Virus record (IMG/VR): IMGVR_UViG_3300042987_002152
Span: 1 to 53,059 of that record
Source: a virus
Taxonomy: Duplodnaviria; Caudoviricetes
Reading direction: 5' to 3' (one strand)
DNA: 53,059 bases
Position numbers and translations under genes: made by a program. Numbering within the stretch: position 1 is the stretch's first letter; every line of letters begins with the position of its first letter. Positions 39,759 through 49,067 of the stretch are shown piece after piece. A model generated the notes under the pieces. It was not told the origin of the DNA. It saw nothing but the letters and a program-made list of their open reading frames with translations, and made no database searches.

Positions 39759-41545
39759 CCTACACAGCTGGCCAAACAATCCAAGCATCTGACTTGGTTG
39801 CATTTGTGGGAAATCCCACCAATACTCAAGCCTATCCAAATGCACTAGCATGTGCTAATAAAATCGCCGCCATATATGGTATAGGCTATGGTAACTATGG
39901 TTATGGCCAGTCCCCTTTTGTTCTAGCTGTTCCCAATGCAGGTCAACAAATATTATCTCAAGACTGGTTCAATTTATTAATGGCTGTAAAAACAGTAGGA
40001 CTACATACAAATACCAATCTTAGTCCGTATAATTTACCTTTGTTTGCATTGCCTACAACTAATTATCTAGCACAAGGAAACAAAGTTGCTACTAGCAATG
40101 TGGAATTTACCCCTCCAGGAGTAGTTTATAATTGGTCAGGTGCAATCACAGCATTGAGTACTAACCGAACATCAGTAGATTCTAGTCGTATGACTCAAGA
40201 AGCAACACCCAGTTTGCTTAGTGCTAGAACAGCTCAATTCTCTAGTAATATTGAGCATGAATTTACAGCAACATTTGCCAGTGTAGATGCAGCCAGATTC
40301 TTTTTCAATACAAATGGACAAATTCGTCTAACAGCATTTATTGACAATGGTACATATTCAGGGGAAAATCTTGTATGGGCAACATTCTTAAATTCAGGTT
40401 TGACTAACTTGGGATATTGGAGCATGGGTGCTACTAGCACATCCCAAACAGGAGGTACAAGTGCGCCCACTCCTGGTTTTGGTTATTACAATTTGACTAC
40501 TAGTTACCAGGATCTTTTAACAACAACTTTTGGTAGTGGTCCACCCACATATACAATTAAATTACAAGCAAAAACTGATGGTCTTACCAGCAACGGTGGT
40601 AATGGTAGCATCATCACTTTCAAATTCAGCTTTGATCCCAATTCACAGAATATTACTGTGCCATTACATAGTCAAGTTTATAATTACAGACCAAAAAATG
40701 CACAAGAGTTGGCTACTAACGAAGCTTATCCTGTGACAGTGGGTGTAGCCAATTACCAAACTGTAACAGAATTGTCAAGTGTGCCTGGTCCAGCTTATTG
40801 GACTTGGACTGACACGTTGAGTGGTCGCAACTTCAATTATAATGTAATGCAAAGAGCGCAATATTTGGGTTATGATCCTAGTACCAATTTACCATTGGAC
40901 TTAACTGTAATTTTATCTGCCGGAACAGAATTATTGAGTGCTGATTGGCAGTTGGGTAGTTTCTATGCACCAAGTGATATTCCAGCCACAAGTAAAATTA
41001 CTCTGGTAGTACAGGCTGGTGCTGTTGTTGCCGGGCGAGGCGGTCAGGGTGGTGAGGGAGCTCCCAGTGGGGTATGTGGTTGCTTGCCAGGACAACCAGG
41101 AGCTTCAGGAGGTCCTGCACTGCGATTGGAATTCAATACCAAAGTTATCAACTATGGAATAATTGGTGGCGGCGGTGGTGGTGGCGGCGGTGGCGGTGCA
41201 GAATGTGCCTATATTTGGAATGCCAGTGCTGGTGGTGGCGGTGGCGGAGCTGGTACTGATGTCAATGGTGGACAATCAAATACATGTGGGGTAACAGCAG
41301 GACGAAATGGCCAAGCTGGACAGCCAGGCACAATTCTAATGGGTGGCACTGGTGGAAATGCTGGCAATCTTTACACTGCCAGGGGTGGCAATGGAGGGGA
41401 CCTGGGTTTGCCAGGTTTGCCTGGACAATCTATCCATGCTCCTGGAGGTGCAGGTGGTGCTCCAGGAAATGCTATTGAAGGAACCAACTACCTTGACAGT
41501 GGCAGCCAACTGGGTGATTTAAGAGGCGATCAAGTCCCAGCTTAG
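39755..41545 (+). CDS. glycine-rich fibre-like virion protein (paralog of previous)
   Basis: ARFFFNTNG motif; poly-Gly domain ending GDLRG. Confidence 0.7.
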   Translation: MTYTAGQTIQASDLVAFVGNPTNTQAYPNALACANKIAAIYGIGYGNYGYGQSPFVLAVPNAGQQILSQDWFNLLMAVKTVGLHTNTNLSPYNLPLFALPTTNYLAQGNKVATSNVEFTPPGVVYNWSGAITALSTNRTSVDSSRMTQEATPSLLSARTAQFSSNIEHEFTATFASVDAARFFFNTNGQIRLTAFIDNGTYSGENLVWATFLNSGLTNLGYWSMGATSTSQTGGTSAPTPGFGYYNLTTSYQDLLTTTFGSGPPTYTIKLQAKTDGLTSNGGNGSIITFKFSFDPNSQNITVPLHSQVYNYRPKNAQELATNEAYPVTVGVANYQTVTELSSVPGPAYWTWTDTLSGRNFNYNVMQRAQYLGYDPSTNLPLDLTVILSAGTELLSADWQLGSFYAPSDIPATSKITLVVQAGAVVAGRGGQGGEGAPSGVCGCLPGQPGASGGPALRLEFNTKVINYGIIGGGGGGGGGGGAECAYIWNASAGGGGGGAGTDVNGGQSNTCGVTAGRNGQAGQPGTILMGGTGGNAGNLYTARGGNGGDLGLPGLPGQSIHAPGGAGGAPGNAIEGTNYLDSGSQLGDLRGDQVPA

Positions 41546-42466
41546 ATTCCATTGATTTTGAAATTCTACCAATTCTCTTTTACTAAGCTTAAAAAATTCA
41601 CACATGTTATCTTTACTTTCAAAAGTCATGCAAATAATATTCCAGGCTTGCGCAAAACTAATTTTGTGCTGATTGCTCGTTTGGATTATTTCCTGCAATA
41701 GATTTCGGTCCATGCGGCTGAGTGTAGAGCTGTATAGCACATAATCTTCAAATGCTTGGAAAGCATGAGGACAAAGCTGCTTTACATATTTGGCAAATGC
41801 TTGGGCATAATCTTGTATCTCTTGTTGAGCATGGGAATCAGCACGCAACATGAGATACCTAAACAAGTTGTTAAGATCAATCTTCCAATAAAATTCTGTG
41901 TAATTGTTGAGTGGTAGAATAATCCTAGCCAGTTCCCTGCTCAATCCCTGTCTATTTTCCAATTGGTAATCACGACCCTGACTGTCATTAATCAAGCTTA
42001 GATAATCTTTGTAAGCCTCTTGGCTGCTGCGTTGAATAGTATTGTGCACCATCTCAGCTTCTAGACTTCCCAGCTCAGTGCCACTTCCTTGCTTGTTAAC
42101 ACTGCTTTGGCTTTGCAGTCTATGAGCAGGGGGGAAATAAAATTCATCAGTCATTATGCTATATCTACCACTGTATTCGTTCACATTGGCAGTACGATGT
42201 CTAATGTGTTGACGCATGATAAAAATGGGCATCTTGACATGGAATTTGAATTCAACCATTTCAAAAACACTTGTATGATGTCTGCGCATAAGATATCGTA
42301 TAAGTGCATTATCGGAACTGGCTGTTTTAGTACCCTTACCATAGCTTGTTCGTGCTGCTTGAACAATGGAACTGTCATCGCCCATGTGATCAACTAGACC
42401 AACAAACCCATGATCCAAAACTTGTATGTAATTAGGGTCGTTGATGACATCTGATAGTAAAGTCAT
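41519..42466 (-). CDS. thyX: flavin-dependent thymidylate synthase
   Basis: HTSVFE, RQHIRHRTANVNEYSGRY, ELARIILP and HAQQEI. Confidence 0.95.
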   Translation of the reverse strand: MTLLSDVINDPNYIQVLDHGFVGLVDHMGDDSSIVQAARTSYGKGTKTASSDNALIRYLMRRHHTSVFEMVEFKFHVKMPIFIMRQHIRHRTANVNEYSGRYSIMTDEFYFPPAHRLQSQSSVNKQGSGTELGSLEAEMVHNTIQRSSQEAYKDYLSLINDSQGRDYQLENRQGLSRELARIILPLNNYTEFYWKIDLNNLFRYLMLRADSHAQQEIQDYAQAFAKYVKQLCPHAFQAFEDYVLYSSTLSRMDRNLLQEIIQTSNQHKISFAQAWNIICMTFESKDNMCEFFKLSKRELVEFQNQWNLSWDLIAS

Positions 42467-42525
42467 TTAATATTGCCTTTGTGAGAATACTATAGATTAA
42501 ACAATGACAAATTTTTTGTCAATTG

Positions 42526-42903
42526 TTATGATGGCGGTACACTGGCTGGGCGTTGTGGCAATTTTTTGAGAGCTCTTTGTTGCTTTTGCTGTTGCTTACT
42601 TCGGGGATGTCTTCGAGCAGTTTTGTTGAGCAATTTGTTTGTGAAAATGTTTACATCGTGTTTGATTCTATCAAAATCCAAAACCACTTTACAGCTGGCA
42701 ACCACCATGTCTTGCGGATCCAAATGTCTTTCGTGATCCATTATGTTTACAAATTCTACTCCATTCAATTTGTATTTTTGACCAGTGTGAGTTATAATTT
42801 CGGCTTTTTTGATATACTGTGGTTCAGGTTCTACATGCAGCAGAATGTTGTTGAAAATATTTTCCCATTCTTGGTCCTCAGGTGTTTTGCGTCTGGCCAT
42901 CAC
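42526..42903 (-). CDS. hypothetical protein
   Basis: 125-aa ORF; TAAATA at 42933-42928. Confidence 0.7.
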   Translation of the reverse strand: MMARRKTPEDQEWENIFNNILLHVEPEPQYIKKAEIITHTGQKYKLNGVEFVNIMDHERHLDPQDMVVASCKVVLDFDRIKHDVNIFTNKLLNKTARRHPRSKQQQKQQRALKKLPQRPASVPPS

Positions 42904-43000
42904 TGTTTCCTGGCTGATGTTTGTGAATATTTAATATTAAACGTCAACAACAATCACAAAGAAATTCTTTGTGATTGTCTAGAAGAATATCAAACAAAAT

Positions 43001-43684
43001 CTAGGCTGTTTTTTTGTTGGTTTTTTTCACAGGTTTGGCACGTGGAGATTGGGACAAAGCTTCTGCGTTGAGACTACTGGGTTTTTGGGTTGTTTTAATA
43101 GTGGGTTTCAAACTAGGATCCATACGATAGGCTTGTTCTCGTTTGCCTGCAGCATCTGCTTCAAGAAGTCGTGCCATTTCCAACAATGCCTGTGCGTCCC
43201 CCCTAAGACCTTCAGCAGTTGTTCCCAATTGATTACTTTGATGAACATTGAATCGTTTGAGATCGGCTGCAACAGCTGCTTTGGTTTCTGGATCCAACTC
43301 ATCAAACCCCAGGGGCTGTTGGTCTTCTTGCATGGCTTCCAGAACCTGCGGCAAGGGCCAATAAACTCCACTTCTGGGGGTCATAGTCACATTTGTAACC
43401 GGTGTTTTCATTAATCGGTTGGCCTGATGGAATTTTTGCAAAAGTGTAACACCACTACCATCTGGACTGGGTCTGCGGGCCAACACATCAGCCAAATTTT
43501 TACTTTGTTGAGCCTCGGTGCTTTCTACAATCTTGCGCAAGGCTTCATTGAAGATGTCAGGTAGTGCGTCAGTGTCTATAACCAGTGCATGGTTTTTGTC
43601 TTCTGGCAAGCTCATGAAAACCACAGCCACATGTTTGCCTGTGTTATTGAGCTGACCTGTATGTTTTAGCATGCCTTCGAACAT
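43001..43684 (-). CDS. hypothetical protein
   Basis: 227-aa ORF with AGGAG RBS and a basic C-terminus. Confidence 0.75.
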   Translation of the reverse strand: MFEGMLKHTGQLNNTGKHVAVVFMSLPEDKNHALVIDTDALPDIFNEALRKIVESTEAQQSKNLADVLARRPSPDGSGVTLLQKFHQANRLMKTPVTNVTMTPRSGVYWPLPQVLEAMQEDQQPLGFDELDPETKAAVAADLKRFNVHQSNQLGTTAEGLRGDAQALLEMARLLEADAAGKREQAYRMDPSLKPTIKTTQKPSSLNAEALSQSPRAKPVKKTNKKTA

Positions 43685-43876
43685 TTATACTCCTTGTATT
43701 TCTGATAATTGATGTTGTTCTGCATATTCTACAAATTTTTCTAGATTTTGATACAACTGGCCCACACTGGCCAGTTCACCGCCTCGAAATGATCCGCGTT
43801 GTGTGCACAAATCAATCAACACTAAAACATTTTTGATATCTTGTATAGTAAGTGTTGTTGTATTTTCCTGGTTCAT
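43685..43876 (-). CDS. small hypothetical protein
   Basis: LTIQDIK...IDLCTQRGSFRGGELASVG; AGGAG RBS. Confidence 0.7.
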   Translation of the reverse strand: MNQENTTTLTIQDIKNVLVLIDLCTQRGSFRGGELASVGQLYQNLEKFVEYAEQHQLSEIQGV

Positions 43877-43953
43877 ACCAGAGTCTCCTTGAATGTTGTT
43901 AGGCTCTAATTATAATTAGATTTTCCAATTTTAAAGCAAAAAACATTTGATAT

Positions 43954-44505
43954 CTATAATCCATGTGAAAGGATTTCAATTAATTTGGGTGGCCATCCAA
44001 TATATGGAATCCAACTTTCATGAGGAATTCTCACTGGTTGATTTTTAACTTTGGTTACTAATTCGCCATAGGTGGGTTTATATGGCTCCTTCAAGGGCCG
44101 AATATGTGTTTTGTTACCTTTTTGTGTATTGCATGGTTGACAACTCATGACAATATTCAAATAATTGGTTTTTCCTCCCTTGCTTTTGGGTAACACATGT
44201 TCCATGGTGAGTTTTTTGAACTCAAACCTTTGAGCACAATATTGACATGTGTATTCATCTCTCAAACACAATGTATATTTGCTGAATCTCACTCCCCTGC
44301 TTGTTTTCACATATTTTTTGTTGACCACAATGCTGGGAACTTGCAAGCTCACACTAGGACTGTGAACAAACCAGTCCTTATACATATCTAGGCATTGCAC
44401 TTGCCCAAGATACACTAATTTGATTGCATCCCTCCAGCTTAGTGTGCTCAAAGGCAGCACACTCATGGGAGAATAATCGGCATTGAGGTACAGCACATCA
44501 CACAT
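43954..44505 (-). CDS. HNH endonuclease
   Basis: RDEYTCQYC, TMEHVLPKSKGG and CQPCNTQKG. Confidence 0.92.
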   Translation of the reverse strand: MCDVLYLNADYSPMSVLPLSTLSWRDAIKLVYLGQVQCLDMYKDWFVHSPSVSLQVPSIVVNKKYVKTSRGVRFSKYTLCLRDEYTCQYCAQRFEFKKLTMEHVLPKSKGGKTNYLNIVMSCQPCNTQKGNKTHIRPLKEPYKPTYGELVTKVKNQPVRIPHESWIPYIGWPPKLIEILSHGL

Positions 44506-44508
44506 GAT

Positions 44509-45720
44509 TTAACCTGTGACAAATTTTATGGGTTGTGCATGGTTTTGTAGAATATCAATTTCCACAGCACTCAAACATCCTCCCTTGCTACTGCCTGTGT
44601 CAGTGCAAATAACTCTACCGCCCTGAGATCCATGTTTGAACACAACTTGGCATTTGTCGTGATCCAACCAATCATGACCAACCACCACGTTATGACCATG
44701 AGGAACCAGATCCACCCACTTCCAAGTGCGCAAAGGATATCCAGAACTGTTGGTTTGGTTATTGACTACTTCACCAAAATATGCTAATTCACCCATCACA
44801 CCAGGCAGCCTATGGCAATGTTTGTGCCACATATCGGGGTTTGCTGCTCCATGTACAAACATCCAATTGTTGATCACCCAATGCTGGGTGCTGGAATTTT
44901 CCAAAGTTTGCCAAGCACTGTGAAACCTGGATTTACTTGAGCAATTCAAAGCTTGAATTTCTCTGATCGTGCATAGATTGGCCTCACTGAGAGTACCTCT
45001 GTAATTCTTGCCCCAATCTCTTTGAATCCATTTGCTGATTTTGCGCTCATGGTTGCCCCAAATCATGTGAGCCTGACCCTGTTGAACAGATTGGTAAGCT
45101 AATTTTACACATTTGAGGTTTTGTGCACCATAGTCCACAACATCTCCCAACCAAACAACAAACTGTTGGTTCTGTTGAGCATGAGATAACGCCTGCTGCA
45201 TGGCAGCATAATTGCCATGTACATCACCCACAGCCAAAATTTTGTAGGGAGGTTTGGGCTTTGAAAACAATTGAAGAACTTCCTTGCCAGGCACAACCAC
45301 ACAATGGGCCAGCTTGCTCAATTGACTTTTGATTTGATTTTGAACATGAAATTGTGGACAATTGGAATCACATGTGTTTACATAGTACAAACAAACTCCA
45401 TGTCTGTAAGCAAGATCAGCGTATTCGATTACTTCAGCCAATCTAAAACTGCCTTTGACCACTGCTGGTTGGCCATTGTTCAAGAGAAGCTGAGCACTGT
45501 TCCACACATGGTCATATATTTGTTTGTCTCGTAGGTGATTGTCTGTTCGCCCTGTCAGCAGATACCTCTGCTGGGTAATATCCAGCAGACAACCAGCCTC
45601 ACCAGTGGTGTTGACAAAATGTGCCTGTTCACATGTACATCTGCTGCTTGCATTCAAAATCAAGCTATGTGGAAAAATATTCATCATGTCTAATAATAGC
45701 ACACTAGAACAAACAGTCAA
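44509..45720 (-). CDS. calcineurin-like metallophosphoesterase (Pnkp/PrpE-like) with divergent N-terminal domain
   Basis: GDVHG, GDVVDYG, GNHE, HG, GH and DTG motifs. Confidence 0.85.
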   Translation of the reverse strand: MTVCSSVLLLDMMNIFPHSLILNASSRCTCEQAHFVNTTGEAGCLLDITQQRYLLTGRTDNHLRDKQIYDHVWNSAQLLLNNGQPAVVKGSFRLAEVIEYADLAYRHGVCLYYVNTCDSNCPQFHVQNQIKSQLSKLAHCVVVPGKEVLQLFSKPKPPYKILAVGDVHGNYAAMQQALSHAQQNQQFVVWLGDVVDYGAQNLKCVKLAYQSVQQGQAHMIWGNHERKISKWIQRDWGKNYRGTLSEANLCTIREIQALNCSSKSRFHSAWQTLENSSTQHWVINNWMFVHGAANPDMWHKHCHRLPGVMGELAYFGEVVNNQTNSSGYPLRTWKWVDLVPHGHNVVVGHDWLDHDKCQVVFKHGSQGGRVICTDTGSSKGGCLSAVEIDILQNHAQPIKFVTG

Positions 45721-45739
45721 TCATGCTGTCTTCCTATGA

Positions 45740-45943
45740 CTACCAACCTTGTAGCAGATCCCATACACTGTGACACACATATGACAACATGCCCAATTGA
45801 GTGACAAAACTGATGCCAAAAAAGGCACTACTGCTCCAAATACATCCACTCCAGGACAGGACCCAATCGGCCACCATAGCACTAATCAAAAACATAGCAA
45901 AAACAGTTACACAAATTGTAGCATATTTGAGCATGCTTTTCAT
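45740..45943 (-). CDS. small membrane protein
   Basis: Two hydrophobic segments; TAAATA at 45977-45972. Confidence 0.6.
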   Translation of the reverse strand: MKSMLKYATICVTVFAMFLISAMVADWVLSWSGCIWSSSAFFGISFVTQLGMLSYVCHSVWDLLQGW

Positions 45944-45978
45944 TAACTATCCTTTTATCCTGTGTGTGGTTTATTTAT

Positions 45979-46084
45979 CTCCCGTTGCGGAAAACCAGGT
46001 GCCTTTGCGCACTGGATGGATAGCGGCAATTAGTTTTTCGCTGCGCAAGCCTGTTGTGGATAGAGCCCAACAGATACTTTAACT
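45979..46084 (+). mobile_element. IS605 left-end-derived remnant, copy D
   Basis: TTAT|CTCCCGTTGCGGAAAACCAGGTGC...GCACTGGATGGATAGCGGCAATTA; no right end visible before copy E. Confidence 0.6.
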
Positions 46085-46190
46085 GTGAACTACTATTGGT
46101 CTAAACACCAACAGCCTCCTGCTTGATCGTAGTGGCTGACATCAGACCCCAATGAGTGAGAATATCTGTGACCACATCCACAGGCGCAGG
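46065..46190 (-). ncRNA. putative TnpB omega-RNA (reRNA) scaffold plus flanking guide
   Basis: GCCTGTGGA (46185-46177), CGATCAAGCAGG (46129-46118), right-end hairpin and TTCAC; the guide would be the flank 46084-46065. Confidence 0.5.
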
Positions 46191-46323
46191 GGGCAGTTTC
46201 TGCTGTGGAGTTTGATAGGTCCTATATTTGTATTAAATAATATGGCAACTAGATTATATCAATATTTATACCACTCGCTATCCATCCACTGGCTTTCAAG
46301 CCAGTGGTCTTCCGCTCGAAATA
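46085..46323 (-). mobile_element. non-autonomous IS605/IS1341 element with both ends, copy E
   Basis: TTAT target, left-end hairpin, TATAAATA (46270-46263), tnpB remnant YKYRTYQTPQQ (46232-46200), right end CAGGAGG-CTGTTGGT-GTTTAG-ACCAATAG-TAGTTCAC. Confidence 0.75.
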
Positions 46324-46334
46324 ATAAATATGCT

Positions 46335-46721
46335 ATGCACTGGTTGATTGCCTTTTTTCTGCTGATTGCTTGGAGTAGACCTGTTCAATTGGAACACACT
46401 GAAACTCCTAGTTATCATTCACTATCTGCCTTGGCTACGTGTCTTAGTGTCATAGAGGTACAAATATCATTCACAGCCCATCGCATAGAACTTGCTCCAC
46501 ACATTATTGTTTGGGCAAACACCTTGGACCTTTATAATAATATGATCAAAGAGATCTATAGTGAAAGTGCACAACATGTGATTGTAGAAGAATATCAATC
46601 TATGAAAAAAGATTTGATAATAGCTCTCATGCATTATGACCAGGATCAGGTGCTGGAACTTGTGCAAAATTTTGTTTTGATTAGAGAACAATGCATATAC
46701 CTGGTCAGCTACTCCTCTTGA
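46335..46721 (+). CDS. hypothetical protein with N-terminal hydrophobic signal
   Basis: Start MHWLIAFFLLIAW 4 nt after TAAATA; the upstream part of the track ORF is element E. Confidence 0.6.
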   Translation: MHWLIAFFLLIAWSRPVQLEHTETPSYHSLSALATCLSVIEVQISFTAHRIELAPHIIVWANTLDLYNNMIKEIYSESAQHVIVEEYQSMKKDLIIALMHYDQDQVLELVQNFVLIREQCIYLVSYSS

Positions 46722-46860
46722 ACAACCACATGCACTAGATGCCCAACAAAGCAGATAATTGGCAACTTGTGCATGGGAGGATAAACATGATCAAGAACAG
46801 CCATCTGTGAGATTAGGCAGGACTCCTCTGTGAGAAATATGTAGGCACATAACTACTGGG

Positions 46861-47949
46861 TTAGCTCCCAAAACCCATGCGAAATTTTTGGACAGGTAGT
46901 TCTTGAGGATTCTGAAACAGTTGTGCCAAGCTCCAAGAATTTTGCGCCCGCCAATCACGGTCTGGCAAACCTGCTGCTAGTGCTGCCTGTTCAGCTTCTG
47001 CACTGGTGAGTTCTCGAAACTCAACGCTGGCAAAACACCGACCAGGACGCAGTAGAGCAGCATCAATCTTGCTTACCTGAGTGATGTTGCTTGTGAAAAT
47101 CATTTTTTTGTTGATGATTTTGATCAAGCCATCGCTCACATTCAAAAACTTGCTCATCATTTCGTTGTCACCATCTTCCCTGGGAGCCAAAAACACATCT
47201 GCATCCTCCACAATCAAGGCATTATGTTCCTCATCAGTGAGATAGTTGATGAAGAACTCATCATCCTTGAGGATGCGATCATCGTAAGTAACCATTGCAC
47301 TGATGTTATGACTCACCAGCATGTGCCTGAGGAAGCTGGTTTTGCCAGTACCTGGGGGACCATACAACACCAACACACTGGCACTGGATGAATAAAAGTC
47401 ATTGACAAACTGATCCACTCCTTGTTTGAACCATGGATAAAATTCATTGTGCAACTTCTGGCCCAGACCTGTCACGTGCATACTTGCACAATCATTACCA
47501 CGGCCGGTTTTGTAATACCAGCTGATTTTGACCAGTTTCTTACCGTGCAGGCGTTCTTGTAGATTTTCTCTTAGGCGAGTTACTTGCTCTTCTGCACCGT
47601 AAATTTCAAGTACAAAAGTAACAATATTATTGCGGCTGTAGCGATATCCGTTGTCATAACACATCACCAACAGGTTGTCTTGTGCATCAGTCACATAGAA
47701 CTCACGCCTATGAAAAAAATTAGCCTTGATATTAGTGTAGAACTGCTTAAACGTTTCTTTGACTGCATGGAACATTTGCAGTTCAGTTTCTTTGCAGTCA
47801 ATCTCAAACCGTGCCACAATAACTTCCGGAACCTTGCATTTGTTCCAAAATTCATTGATCACGCTACAACTGAGAGCATCACTGTGCCCTTCAGTGTAGA
47901 AAAAGCTTTCCAGCATGGGAGGACGATACATTCTATTACCCTTTAACAT
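46861..47949 (-). CDS. AAA+ ATPase
   Basis: GPPGTGKT, IVEDAD and DAALLRPGR. Confidence 0.9.
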   Translation of the reverse strand: MLKGNRMYRPPMLESFFYTEGHSDALSCSVINEFWNKCKVPEVIVARFEIDCKETELQMFHAVKETFKQFYTNIKANFFHRREFYVTDAQDNLLVMCYDNGYRYSRNNIVTFVLEIYGAEEQVTRLRENLQERLHGKKLVKISWYYKTGRGNDCASMHVTGLGQKLHNEFYPWFKQGVDQFVNDFYSSSASVLVLYGPPGTGKTSFLRHMLVSHNISAMVTYDDRILKDDEFFINYLTDEEHNALIVEDADVFLAPREDGDNEMMSKFLNVSDGLIKIINKKMIFTSNITQVSKIDAALLRPGRCFASVEFRELTSAEAEQAALAAGLPDRDWRAQNSWSLAQLFQNPQELPVQKFRMGFGS

Positions 47950-47994
47950 TATTTTATTCAGTTTATTGAAGAAATTCCATCCGTCAACATTTGT

Positions 47995-48339
47995 TTAGGG
48001 TTCATGGTTCTCCTGATCATATTCCCAAGCTGTGAGACTGACCACAGTCATGTAATTAGTCCATGCTTCTCTTATGCCAGGAAATCTTTTTTGGAGTTCA
48101 TCATGTTTGTAAGCTGCGTGCAGCTGATGCAAGATTGTTTGGAAGTCAGTTTCACTTATTGTGATGTCATACAACTGCTCTGTTTTCACCATTGGTATTG
48201 TGATGTCATACAACTGCTCTGTTTTCACCATTGGTGGTAAGGTAGATTCGTGCAAGCTTACCAGTTGTTGATAGCCTTTTACACTTGCGTTGAACTCCTG
48301 TGTAAACCAATCCAACTCTCGAGAATAAATTTGTGCCAT
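47995..48339 (-). CDS. hypothetical protein with 13-aa duplication
   Basis: 114-aa ORF in a tightly packed minus-strand run. Confidence 0.65.
   Translation of the reverse strand: MAQIYSRELDWFTQEFNASVKGYQQLVSLHESTLPPMVKTEQLYDITIPMVKTEQLYDITISETDFQTILHQLHAAYKHDELQKRFPGIREAWTNYMTVVSLTAWEYDQENHEP
48157..48235 (+). repeat. exact 39-bp tandem duplication
   Basis: tattgtgatgtcatacaactgctctgttttcaccattgg x2 (PMVKTEQLYDITI x2). Confidence 0.95.
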
Positions 48340-48342
48340 ATG

Positions 48343-48612
48343 TTAGCTCCATGTCAAAAGGAAATTCACTGCGTGTGAGTAGTTTCTAAACCAAAATTCT
48401 TGATAAACATTTGTGCAAATCACACCTGTGCTCCAATTGTGAATAGGATCAGGTTCACCAGCAATTTTGTGACAATATTCAATCAAATGTGGATCATGCA
48501 CTGTGTTGGTAGTTGGCAACCTCACGATATGATATGTGATCCCAGCACAGTCAAAGTCATAAAAACATTCGCTCCTCAAAAAAGTATCCTTGCGGGTCAT
48601 ATGTGTTGACAC
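48343..48612 (-). CDS. small hypothetical protein (F-x-F...F-x-L-T-W family)
   Basis: Ends FWFRNYSHAVNFLLTWS. Confidence 0.65.
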   Translation of the reverse strand: MSTHMTRKDTFLRSECFYDFDCAGITYHIVRLPTTNTVHDPHLIEYCHKIAGEPDPIHNWSTGVICTNVYQEFWFRNYSHAVNFLLTWS

Positions 48613-48630
48613 TTGATCAATCTGTGGGGA

Positions 48631-49038
48631 TCAAACAGACCTCATGTGGACACCATTGTAGAACTGATAGCCAAAAACCAAATTAAATTGAACTTGAGTC
48701 AGTTGATCCCAAGGCCATCTAATACCCAATTTGTTCATCCATTCATCCACATCTTGTGTAATATCAACATCCCATATATACCAACGGGGTTTGCCGTTTG
48801 CTGGTATGATTGCTGGACCATCCATTCTATGCCTTTGCCCTTGACAATACCATTGTGTCAGTTGCTCAGGCCCATCATATAAAATCACCACATGTGATTT
48901 GTGCAATGGATAATCTTGATACCCTTGATCAGATTTTGCTTGAGATAATCTGTTTGGGTCCTGCACATCCTGCTTGACCCATAATTCTATTCCTGTATTT
49001 GGATCAATAATTTGTCTGTAGCAATCACTCATTGGCAT
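48631..49038 (-). CDS. hypothetical protein with HRxDGPA repeat unit
   Basis: WYCQGQRHRMDGPAII...WY. Confidence 0.65.
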   Translation of the reverse strand: MPMSDCYRQIIDPNTGIELWVKQDVQDPNRLSQAKSDQGYQDYPLHKSHVVILYDGPEQLTQWYCQGQRHRMDGPAIIPANGKPRWYIWDVDITQDVDEWMNKLGIRWPWDQLTQVQFNLVFGYQFYNGVHMRSV

Positions 49039-49067
49039 GCTAGTTTAGCAGATAGTCAGACTAATGT

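Noticed and set aside
36586-41545. Diversity-generating retroelement acting on the fibre genes
   Set aside because: No reverse transcriptase and no template/variable repeat pair seen.
46152-46334. Peptide ATRLYQYLYH...RNNKYA shared by track ORFs 46152(+) and 52976(-), which looks like a common protein domain
   Set aside because: It is the translation of the repeated DNA element (copies E/F); the real starts are more likely 46335 and 52841, just after TAAATA.
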